Shown: in pieces, positions 1-10,978 of the stretch
Layout of the letters: each line of letters begins with the position of its first letter
How positions within the stretch are numbered: position 1 is the stretch's first letter
Assembly (NCBI GenBank): GCA_001687465.1
Contig: LVLI01000607.1
Location: 1-43,233, forward strand
Source of the DNA: Halocafeteria seosinensis
Lineage: Eukaryota
Length of the DNA stretch: 43,233 nt
Direction of reading: 5' to 3'
Notes under the pieces: model-generated
The model's input: the letters and a program-made list of their open reading frames with translations, nothing else
The model's database searches: none
What the model was told of the DNA's origin: nothing
Position numbers and translations under genes: made by a program

Positions 1-965
1 GATGTATTCCTATGTTTCAAAAGCAGAGCTCTTGGCACTTTAGTACCAGTAAACCTCTCACACCGTTGGAAGTACTCCAACAGCAGAACCCGAGCACTGA
101 CGAGAATACCAAGAGAGGAAGTATTATCGCGTTTCTTGAGCATGCAGACCGGAGGTATGCTACGGAATGCAGAAAAGACAATAATTGCGAAACTCCTTGT
201 CCCAGTGCATACGTATGTCCACTTAGCGGAACCTTGATGCTCGACCCTGTTATTATTGAAGGCTTGAAAAAAGGAACAGCATTCGACTATGACTCATTGG
301 CTGCAGCGTTTTCCAACCAGAACCCAGAATACCGACGAAAGCTCAAAGAGTGCCTTGATGACGAAAATGTGAACTGGAGTACACTAGTAGAAAAATCTGA
401 GAGAGAGATGGACAAAGAAATCGGGTCGTGGGATTCCTTGAGCTTGCAACAGAAGGTCATGAAACTAGAGAACAATTTTGGCATTGAGCTCGAAAGAGAA
501 TGTCCTCAGCATTGCACATGCCCGGTATCTGGAAAACTAATGGTAGAACCCGTTTTCCTCAGGGGAAATGGACGAACGTATGACCGCTCGACGCTATCGT
601 CCATCAGAGTAGGAAATGTTCGCAACAACTACCGGATAGCCGGCTATGAAAATGAAATCCCCAATGAAGATAAACTAGAAAACGTTGGGCTTGTGGAAGA
701 AATTCACCACTGGATGGACGCTAGAATGATGAATCTATTCACTTGTACTTCTCGCAAAGCACATCCTGTCGATCGATTGAGAAGCGAGATCCAGAACTGG
801 CTATCATGTCTCTCGTAAGATACGTCAAAAATATTTCGAACTTCGCCCTGTCTTCAAATATATTGAGCAAGACTTCGATGTAAGTTTGCCTTCTCCAAAA
901 GGGGTACAGCTGTACTTCCGTTGCTAACCAGGTTGGTTGGGACTTGGAAAAATCTGGGGACGCCT
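1..965 (+). pseudogene. Truncated duplicate of the last exon of the ankyrin/U-box/PH gene at 3015-5586 (5' part lies outside the window)
   Basis: 1-810 matches 4226-5035 with 8 substitutions by manual count. After 810, 40 nt are replaced by 5 nt, giving a stop at 816-818. 816-965 is a much more diverged, frame-broken copy of ~5076-5215. Both U-box-like motifs are kept and the PH-like domain is lost. Confidence 0.85.
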
Positions 966-1156
966 CCCTTAGACAGCACTCCTCTGGGGTCGGGACCTGG
1001 TTGGTCGAAGCAACGGTTTATACAACGTTCACGATGTAGAGCGGCGATAGTTGAAAACACGTCGAGCTGAATATTCTGCGCCTACGACTCGAGAATGTGA
1101 AGTTTGTAGAGCATGGCATGCAGTGCCATGCATCACTGGCAGCATCAGTTCCCAGG

Positions 1157-2260
1157 ATGACCGACACAGGAGAAAATTTCCGAGAAATGGGTCCGAGAGT
1201 ATTGCGTCGAAGCTATAGCTACGTCGGAGAACATACATACACACAGAAGACACCCACAGCAAGACCATCACCCTGGATGTTAAATCGTGTCACAAAACAT
1301 AAAAGATGAGGAAGGGATTCCACCCGACCAACAAAAGCTCATATTTGCTGGCAAGCAGGTTGAGGATGGACGAACTCTTTACGACTATAATATCTTTGGC
1401 GAGGCAACAGTGCACCTGGTACTGCGCTTGAGGGGTATGATCAGCACATTCACGTCGGCGGACGCCACCGATCCTCTCGTGGTGTTTTTACTCTCTGATC
1501 CAGAAAATCAAAGGGTTACACCAAGGATCAAAGAACTACTACGACAGAAGGCGGGTAAACAAGATGCTTCCTCGGATGCTACTTTCGAATACTATCGTAC
1601 CTCCGACATTATGGAAAAGAAACATCTCGATCTGCTTGCAGACTTCCTGGATTTTATCTGGTTTGCCAACAGTGATGTGGCCAAAACGACATGAGGGCCG
1701 TTATGGATTCCCACATACTTCGCTTACTGTTGTCCCACGTTGAAAACGGAGAACGAGCCAGCTATATCGCGAGAAAGTCGAAAGGTCTCCATCCCGGGGG
1801 GTGAAGATAGCGTTGCGAAGGACACAAGGGCCAACAAACGCATGTATTTCCTTCCATTGTGATGGGGGTTACGCAACTTCCACGGTACAGATTGCTCTCA
1901 ATGCAGATTCTGAATACACTGGTGGTCAGTCAAGTCTGCTTTTATACTGGGGATCGTCTATGGGTTCTCGAACGTCCACAAGGTTGCATGACACGGCATC
2001 GTCGTGATGTTTTGCATGCTGTGACTACTCTTTGGGATGGGGTGCGCAAAAGCCTATTTGTGGTGGATCGTAGTAATGGCTTAGGGGAAGACAGAGGTTT
2101 GAAACTTCTTGACAAGTCAAGCTAAAGGGCGAGACGAAGCGTAGTGTGTTTAGAGAACCGCTCGAATATTGCACTTGCTCCTTGCGGACATGTATGTCTC
2201 TGCTCTGACTGTATCCAGCACGGTCCAAAATGCCGCGCGCGTATCAGCTACTTCAAGTTT
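1157..2260 (+). pseudogene. Frameshifted ubiquitin-like domain + 2OG-Fe(II) oxygenase + RING finger fusion gene
   Basis: Pieces lie in different frames: KTPT/KTITLDV (~1245-1280); [44 protein letters not shown] (ubiquitin fold); FHCD..TVQIALN..EYTGG (HxD, ~1850-1925); LHAVT..GVRKSLFV (distal His and RxS, ~2010-2065); VVCLENRSNIALAPCGHVCLCSDC..GPKCR (RING, first and seventh Cys degraded). Several frameshifts and stops; no introns evident. Confidence 0.8.
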
Positions 2261-2576
2261 TCAGATAGTGATGAGTGCAAGCCTACTTGTGACAGCGGGA
2301 GTCAAAACCATTTTGTCCAGTTGCGCGGTGTAGTATCAATTCACACATACATGTGGATGCCTGGAGATTGTGATTTGCGAAACACACTCACTATGGTATA
2401 TGCAGCGAACCGTTTGAAGAAATTGAAACTTTTTTGTCCTTCCATATCAATATTCTGCGCAAAATAAAAACGCAAGGAAATCATTCCCTACCAGTATTTT
2501 ATAAGCTTTTCACCGTTCATCATGAATCTGGGAAAATTAGTACGGCTTTCACCTCGTTGCCTCTCGACAACTCCGG

Positions 2577-2702
2577 CACACACACATAGCCCACCGGCCG
2601 GGGAGTTGATCGCATCCTCTTAACGAGGAGCGGTATGCGCCCGTGTTAAGCAGCGACGGCCCGCTGTTCCTGCAGCCTTGCTGACATGCGCCGTGAGGGA
2701 AC
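2577..2702 (-). mobile_element. 3' fragment of a (TG)n-tailed repeat element (SINE or non-LTR 3' end), copy 1
   Basis: Near-identical to 43087-43226. Ends in a TG tail on the minus strand. Possible degraded flanking duplication actccgg (2570-2576) / gctccgt (2703-2709). Confidence 0.75.
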
Positions 2703-2796
2703 GCTCCGTCAGTAGTACTCAGTACCCAGGCTGATTCACATTTCACATGCTAAATCAAGTTGAAGGCTTGAAGTTGATTGAATTTGATTCACAGCT

Positions 2797-2945
2797 ATGT
2801 GAAGTTCGTATGTGAACCATAGGCGCTGAAGCCCAGTATAGTATACAGTAGTTCCCAGGATGACCGACACGGTAGAAATGGGTTGAAGGTACAGCTACGT
2901 CGGACAACATACATGTTGTATTGAAAACACTGCCTGCTAGAGTAA
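2797..2945 (+). repeat. Degraded second copy of the 5' region of the ubiquitin-fusion pseudogene (1094-1270)
   Basis: Shares atgtgaagtt, agttcccaggatgaccgacac, agaaatgggt and agctacgtcgga.aacatacat, in the same order, with 1094-1240. Confidence 0.7.
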
Positions 2946-3014
2946 CTCGACTTTGCTCGCTGGGGACTTCAGATCGTTGCAAACATCCACCCTTTTCTTT
3001 GTAAGAAGGGAAAA

Positions 3015-5586
3015 ATGGCGAAACATGGGATTGGCATCATTTCCAAAACAAAGAGGGCATCAATCTTCCAAGCCGCTAAAGAGAAGGGCCCTAAGGAGCT
3101 TCAGGAGCAGATTGATTCGCTTGCGATGGATCCAGACTTCCCCGGGGACAACAAGGGCATTATCAATGTAGACCGGCTTGTTCAGGTAAGTCTTTTCATT
3201 TAGTTTCAATTGAATTAGATGCTCCAACTTTATTAATTGCCCCTGTTTGTATGATCCGGCTTCAGGAACAAGTGCCGCTGCTCATACACACGGCGGCTCA
3301 TGGCAACGCCGAGAACATCAGACTACTCATGGACGCTTATGGCGCTAAAATCGACGTTACAACACGAGACGTAAGAGAAGGAATACTATGCATTGCACGT
3401 CTTTGGGTAACGTCGAGAGTAGTCTGTATTTGTGCATCGCACAGGGAAATGAAGATTCCGCATTTCATTTGGCCGCCCGAAACAATTACCCCGATGCAAT
3501 TAAGACTCTCTTGCAGCGTCATCAAGGGGGAGCGCAACATCGGCATGTGGCCCGACACAACAAAGTACGGGTGTATAACGCGTCGCGTTTTGAAGTCCCA
3601 CTGTACTGTCTCACTCTGTCGCAGAACGGGCAAGCACCGATACATATTGCAGCGCAGCACGGTGCCCTCGTTGTTATTGACCTTTTGGTGAAAACTTATT
3701 TTGTCGACATAAATGCTCATGAAGACAACCCAACTGTAAGTTAGGATTGAGGTTTCAATATCCTGCCAAGTCGGATTGACAAAATTTTCGCCGCCGCCGT
3801 TGACAGAGAGCCACTCCGCTCCACCGCGCTGCCTCGGCGGGTCACACTAGGCTTGTGAAATATCTCCATCAAGAAGGAGCTTACATCAACGAACAGGATG
3901 GGGTATGGCTGGCTTGCTACGACCTTTAATTTTTCCTGTATTCAAGAAACTTTCCCCTTCGTGTAGCAGAATGGATGGGATGCATTAATTTATGCTAGCA
4001 ATTCTGGGCATTTGGAGGTGGTCGAATATTTAGTGGAACATATGCCTCAATCAAGGGATAAAATCGCAAGAGATAGAGAGACTGGGATGACGGCACTTCA
4101 CTTTGCGGTAGAGCAGAATTTCTTGGATATAACCAAAGTATTGGCCCACAGAGTTAAGGTGCTTCCAACTATCGAAAGGAAAACTGTAAGTTCAATCGCC
4201 TTGAGGAACGTCTGGGGATCTAACTGATGTATTCCTATGTTTCAAAAGCAGAGCTCTTGGCACTTTAGTACCAGTAAACCTCTCACACCGTTGGAAGTAC
4301 TCCAACAGCAGAACCCGAGCACTGACGAGAATACCAAGAGAGGAAGTATTATCGCGTTTCTTGAGCATGCAGACCGGAGGTATGCAACGGAATGCAGAAA
4401 AGACAATAATTGCGAAACTCCTTGTCCCAGTGCATACGTATGTCCACTTAGCGGAACCTTGATGCTCGACCCTGTTATTATTGAAGGCTTGAAAAAAGGA
4501 ACAGCATTCGACTATGACTCATTGGCTGCAGCGTTTTCCAACCAGAACCCAGAATACCGACGAAAGCTCAAAGAGTGCCTTGAGGACGAAAATGTGAACT
4601 GGAGTACACTAGTAGAGAAATCTGAGAGAGAGATGGACAAAGAAATCGGGTCGTGGGATTCCTTGAGCTTGCAACAGAAGGTCATGAAACTAGAGAACAA
4701 TTTTGGCATTGAGCTGGAAAGAGAATGTCCTCAGCATTGCACATGCCCAGTATCTGGAAAACTAATGGTAGAACCCGTTTTCCTCAGGGGAAATGGACGA
4801 ACGTATGACCGCTCGACGTTATCGTCCATCAGAGTAGGAAATGTTCGCAACAACTACCGGATAGCCGGCTATGAAAATGAAATCCCCAATGAAGACAAAC
4901 TAGAAAACGTTGGGCTTGTGGAAGAAATTCACCACTGGATGGACGCTAGAATGATGAATCTACTCACTTGTACTTCTCGCAAAGCACATCCTGTCGATCG
5001 ATTGAGAAGCGAGATCCAGAACTGGCTATCATGTCCTTCAGGACTGATGCAGGAATACGAATATCTTACTACGCCTAAGATCCGTCGAGAACATTTCCAG
5101 TTTCGCCCTTTCTTCAAATATATTGAGCAAGGTTTCGATGTAAGTATGCCATCTGTGAAAGGTACACAGCCCTACTTCCTTTGGTTGGACTTGGAGAATC
5201 CAAGGACTCCACGTCTTCGCTGGAATCCCTCAGACGGTGCTACTCCAGACTCAGGGCCTAAAGACCCTCAAGCAAAACAGGCCAGTCTGCTTGACATCCA
5301 TCCGCAAAAGGGTGTGGTAGTACAGAAGAACAAGCTTGGCTTGCGTTCTAAAAGTGGACTTAACAGCAACATCCCTGGAGAGACATGTATTACACTATTG
5401 TATTGTAGTTCAGCTATGACTCTACAGTTCGGAAGTCAAGAAGAAAGGGATTGGGCCTTGCCGAAATTCCACAACTTGAAGAATGAATGCAATTCTATTA
5501 TCAACGAATACCGCGACACGCTGACCACCATAATTTTACACGAGGAGCTCGCACGACGACTGGATCGCTACCGTCCAGGTCAATAG
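3015..5586 (+). CDS. Ankyrin-repeat + tandem U-box-like + PH-like domain protein (paralogue A), 7 exons
   Basis: Predicted exons 3015-3185, 3266-3370, 3445-3564, 3625-3735, 3807-3902, 3970-4185, 4249(4252)-5586; all introns phase-0 GT-AG. Ankyrin motifs SAFHLAA, APIHIAA, TPLHRAA, TALHFAV. U-box-like CPSAYVCPLSGTLMLDPV..G.AFD and CPQHCTCPVSGKLMVEPV..GRTYDRS. PH-like C-terminus (LRW..; CITL..TLQFGSQEERDW). Confidence 0.85.
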
Positions 5587-5723
5587 GAAGAAAGAATTCT
5601 ACTAACCAGCATAGAAATGAAAGCGTATATTTAGTGGATATGTTACTCCTTCAATTTTTCTGTTCCAAATCGTACGGAAATCAAAAGCGGCATTATCTGG
5701 CTAGGCCTAAGATGACTACGACG

Positions 5724-8128
5724 TTATCTCTCGGCGCTTGCAGCAGATACAGATGATTCATCGCTAGCCTTCTCATGAGTAATAGGTGCCATTGGTAGTT
5801 GTTGCAGCCTCCCATTTCTCCATGAAGCCAGGACGGAATTCTCGTGACGATATAAATCCACGTACTCGTAAAGAATCCTCGACAAAGTATCCGTGTCTAA
5901 TCCTTTCAGCTCCTTATCTACAGTGAATATTGCTACAGCCTCCTTTAGTCTTCTCAAACGGCCCCACAGCCATTCTCTATCGGAACTTGTATCCAGTTTT
6001 AAAACCAACCATTTTTCAGCCTGACTTGAACCACTGGTGCTGTAACCAATAGACAAATACCTCTGACTCTTCTCAAGCTCTTCTGCATGTTTCAATGAAT
6101 TTCCCCTTCTAATCTCACTAATTTGTTTAATGGGGAATCCACGAGCGCTTTCAGGCTTTCTTGGAGCGTTAGACTCAATAGACTGATCGTCCTCAAATGG
6201 GGCATCATTCCAAAAAAGATACGGATTTTGCAGGTACTGGCTTGCAGCCTGGCCATTCCGGGTACAAATAGTACCGATTTGCATCCAAAACAGCCGCCTA
6301 TGCGGCTTTCCCCAGAGATGTGGTTGTAATTTTGACAAGATAAAGCCACCTGTAGGTCTGCTTCGATCACCGGATGCATTAACGATGAGCCTAGGTATGA
6401 GCGGTTTGCTCGGTGCCAACACTGACCGAAGCGCTAATCTAAAAAAGTCGAGATTCTGCTTATATTCCCCGGAAAGCTCGAACTCTTTCTCAGTGGGAAC
6501 TTCATCATAGTCCATTAATCGTGAGACCCCCTTGAACTTGACAGGATCGAGCATCAAGTTACCCTTATCATCTAAGACCAAAGTCTTGTTCGTGTTCGTG
6601 CCGACAGAAAACGCCTGCCACTTAGTGCGACGAAGGTTAAACGGAACGGACTTAATGTTGAGTTTCCTTAGATTTTCAATCTCGTCGATGCTTGAAGTAC
6701 GATTAGCCTCCTGGTGAGCCTGAGAAGTATAGTCGGGAAGATAGTTTAAACACCAGCGGCGAAGATACACTGACGCCAACGTTCGCGTTACCTCACGACG
6801 TTCAACATGCCAGAGAAAATCAATGATCTTCTGGAATTTGGGTGTATCACTGCCTTTACGAGCGAGCTCAACCCACTTTGAAGGAGTATACCCTTCCTTG
6901 TTCCGCACAAGATGGGGTGGGTTCTCTTGAGAAAGTAGCGCAACGTCGTTATCACATATATATTTCACAATATCTAACTCTCCCGCTGCAGCCGCAAGAT
7001 GAAGCACATTGTTCCCGTCCACAGTCAACCCATCAAGAGTTTTCTTGGTTAGAAGTCTCTCCACAGCTCCGATTTTACCAGCCTCCGCGGCAACGTGCAC
7101 AGGCGTATAGCCCAAGGCATCTGTTTGATGGATATCTGCGCCCCCGTTCACGAGATAGCGAACCAACTCCTCATCGCCTAACTCCGCTGAGCAATGAAGA
7201 GGAGTCCTCCCTTCAACATCATCGCCTCGCGACTGGAATGAAAGGACCTAGAGGTACGTAAGTTTTCGTGGCAGATTCTCCATTAAGGTAGCCACTTACT
7301 TTCTTCAGTTTAAATGTTGATTTATTCCGATCCATGCCTAAATATTGAAAGAATGCTTCAAGGGAACGCCTCCTTTCCGCGGTCGTAGGTACCTGACAGG
7401 AACAATAGCACATTCCTTCATAAACAAACACAGGTTTTCAAAAAAGAACAACTCACCGTGATGCGCTCACTATTCCTAGCCTCTTCATACACATCAGCGC
7501 CGGCCGCGGAATGTAAGGGCCAAGCACCGACCTGCTGGACCTCATCGCCAAAAGTCGCGAGTAGCGTACAATAGACCGCTTTTCGACTACGCTTACGTTG
7601 TTTGGTTCCCGCAGCTCCGCGCCACAGTCATACAATTTCTTGATCGTCTCTGGCATCCCTCCTAACGCCGCAAAGTGCAACGGAGTGTTTCCCTCCTGCG
7701 CATTTCCCATAATAGCCACGGAGAACTTTGTCCCTTCATTGGAACTGTGGTCGACTTACTGTCGGATCTTTGACATTCGGATCCGCCCCATCTTCATAGA
7801 TTAAATAGTGCACCACCTCGACCTGGCCGTGGTACGCAGCATGGGCCAGCAGTGAAACCCTACCCTGTATGTACGTGGCAGGAGAAAACAAGTTGCGTCC
7901 TTGAGTTTCCATACACATGTGTACTCCCCGTTCAGTACTCACACAGTATGAACCTTTGGCTTGATGGTACAGTTTATTGACATTGACAAGGACCCGGTCT
8001 GGCTGCTCCTCATCCTGCATGAGCTTCAGGAGAAGCCCATGCAGCCTGTCTTTGTCTCCTGCAGCTGCCGCTTCGAATATCCCATCCTTCAACCCACCCC
8101 CGATTTTGTGATAATCGACCCTAGGCAT
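5724..8128 (-). CDS. Ankyrin-repeat + degenerate U-box-like + PLC-type PH-like protein (paralogue B), 6 exons
   Basis: Predicted exons 8128-7943, 7864-7760, 7695-7597, 7534(7531)-7457, 7392-7300, 7232-5724; all phase 0. GNTPLHFAA, GRTPLHCSA, GYTPVHVAA, GNNVLHLAA; U-box remnant GNLMLDPV..MDYD; PH-like GFILSKL..PHRRLFW..IKQISEIRRG..LSIGY..LKLDTSSDREWL. Confidence 0.85.
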
Positions 8129-8199
8129 GGTTCTCACACAGCAACAATGAATAGAGAGATATGCAACAAAACGCCCAAATGAGGGGTAATGATTATCAA

Positions 8200-8226
8200 T
8201 CATTCAACTTGATTCAAGTTGAATGA
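8200..8226. promoter_or_regulatory. Perfect inverted repeat (13-bp arms, 1-nt spacer) in the divergent promoter of paralogues B and C
   Basis: tcattcaacttga-t-tcaagttgaatga lies in the 275-bp gap between the ATGs at 8128(-) and 8404(+). Function is inferred only. Confidence 0.45.
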
Positions 8227-8403
8227 ATGGTTCCCAAGATCCATGCTTCACACTTGATGACATGTGTGAGGTATAGTATATCCACAAACGCATTGCCAGA
8301 CAATGGTGAGAGTAGAATCAGTACAGTTACATCATTTGTCTACCACCCGTGTCTGCGGACAGAACAGGAATGAGAGTGTACTTGGTTGCTTGTACTTGCA
8401 ATT

Positions 8404-10585
8404 ATGGGGGACGACGAGAACCTGCTAGCGCACGACCGGAAAGGGAGGATATTCGCGGCAGCAAGAAAAGGGGACGAGGAAGCCATGCTCGATGAAATGG
8501 GGTATGTGGCAAGAGACCCCGAGCTAGGACAAACGAAAGTCGAAAATTGTTTACTCAACGTGGATAGATTGTATAAAAAGGTACGAAACAGCCGGACCAG
8601 GGTGCTAGGAATCCATGTATCTGGATGTTGACCAACTGCAGGAGGAGGATGAGAATGGCTCAGAGGTGTTTACACCGCTCTTTGTGTATGCCGCAAAGTA
8701 TGCTCAAACAAATATTCTGGGATGTCTCTGTAGCATGGGAGGAAACCCGAACGTCACCGACAGCTTGGTACGTGTCTGAACTGCGAGTTTCAGTGTGCTC
8801 ACTCAACAACTGAACCAACTGTAGAAGATTTTCTAACCCACGCCCCTACCACGATTGTGTTGCATTGCAGGGTAATACTGCGTTGCACCTCGCTGGCACA
8901 ATGTATCATCCTAAAGATTTCCCGAATTACATAAGCGAATTAATCCGCACGCTGGCAGTGGATTGTGGGGTCAGTTTGAAAGCTGAAAACTATGTACGTT
9001 CATTGCAGTGTGAATTGGTTGTGATGTGCGTAGGAAAGATGGACCGAATTGTGCACCTTCTACACCTGCAACAGGAGGGAGAGTATCCAATACACTCAGC
9101 GGCGAGAAGAGGGGAAACTGCCGCAGTGGTTACCTTCGTTGACGACCACTTAAGGGAGCCTGCTATTCGAGATGCTAAGGGTGTACGTTGAAGGGCAGAT
9201 TTTGTATTTTGTTACGCAAGCAAAATGTATTGTGCGTTGTTTACCCACTCTTCAGAACACACCGCTTCACAAGGCAGTGGAAGCAAAGAACCCTAAACTG
9301 CGCGTCGAAGTCATCAACCAAATGATCAACAGATACGAAGTAGACAAGACAACGAAAAACAACGTACGTATGCTTACCATATGTTGCAATATTTCTTGAC
9401 CCCGAGAGTACGACAAATGGGTTTCCATTGAAACAGAATGGAGAAACGCCGTTGATGATAGCCGCCGCGGCGGGTCACTTGGAGGCATTACAGAAGGTAG
9501 AGGTGGATGATATGAATATAATGCGCGCTCAATCAACCGGGGGGTACACTTCCCTACACCTCGCCGCACAGAACGGTCATATAGAAACTGTGAAATATTT
9601 GTGTGGTCCTTTGAAGGACCGGAAACTCCCTCGACTTACATCAAATAATGGTGAAACAGCTCTGCAACTAGTGTGCAACATGAACCATCAGCTGCAGGAG
9701 ATTCAGGATTACCTAGAACATGTTGAGAGGAGGAACAAGGTCAAGGACCTAAAAGAAGAATTAGACGAAATACATAGAGACGATATGGGATGGAGCTTCG
9801 TGCCTTCGGATGAAGGAATGTTCTGCGCAATATCCAGAGAGGAAGAGGGAGTGGAAAAACTCATTGCTGACCCGGTGTACTGGGGTGAAAACAACGGCCA
9901 ACAAGCCGATTTTGACACTGCTGAAGAGAAAAGAGATCATACGGGGCTGAATCCCATCCCCCACCTGTACTCGAAAATCATAAAGGAGTTAACTGAAAGA
10001 ACTCTCAGAGCTCGCCAGAATAGTCCCCTAACTGGTGGTGATTCGCTTGAGCACAATTTAGTAACAGTTTTATATTGCCACGGTCTTAAGATGTCGACTA
10101 TTGGTCGACTTAAGAAGAAGCGAACAAGACTCCTTTATCTTGATCTAGAAAATAACCCCGTCCCTTGCATAACAGTCCACAGGGTTAATCGTCCCAACCC
10201 TGAACGACATCTGGAATTACCCAGTCTTCAAGTCGACAGAGGAATGAGATACGCGAAACGTGATGATAAATGCGTAACATTATCTTTTAACGAGACAGCT
10301 TCAGTTGGTTGCGTTGGTCGTGTTTTACAAAGGCAGCGCAACCAAATGGCACTTTGGTTTCCCAGCAATCAGATTTCTGCCACAATCGGTACAGCTTTGC
10401 ACTCGTTATCTGCAGGAGTCAACTATTTTCTGGGAAACACGCGCGATCTCTCTTCCCACGGATGGCCATCATCGAGATTGTATGACATCCTTTGGTTATG
10501 CGTTCAAACCGGAGGGAATCAAGAAGACCTGCAGAGGGTATCAAACGCCCTTCCGCTCGGTCGAGTAGAGTATCCAACGGAGTAG
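8404..10585 (+). CDS. Ankyrin-repeat + degenerate U-box-like + PH-like protein (paralogue C), 6 exons
   Basis: Predicted exons 8404-8580, 8642-8767, 8871-8993, 9075-9182, 9256-9363, 9437-10585; all phase 0. The N-terminal IF.AA..G....L...NVD.L motif is shared with A and B, and YLEHVERR matches FLEHADRR/FLWHVERR. U-box remnant MFCAIS..LIADPV..D; PH-like HGLKM..RTRLLYLD..VDRG..KCVTLSF. Confidence 0.85.
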
Positions 10586-10978
10586 TGGCAAAATGAGAAA
10601 GAAGAAAAAATAAATAAATAAAATTAATACAAAGTGTGCTAGAGCTGGATAATAACAACCTGTACTGCTCTGTAACTGAGAAGAGCAAAAACAACTTCCG
10701 CTCCCCAAGGTCCGAAGGAGCTGACAAATTTCAGTGACAATGTGAGTCATTATGTGACATTTCCTCAAGAGATGTCACTGCCTACGTTGAAGTAAAAAGG
10801 GACGACCGCCTTTCTTCTCGATAGACACATATATATGTAATATATACAACAAATTTGAATCGGTGCGTCACGTAAAGGATTGGTTCCTAACTGTCTTGCT
10901 TTGCTGAATAAAGCAGCGTAATCGACGTACAGAAATACCCTTAACGCACGCTCATTGAAAAAAAAAAAAGAAGAGAAA

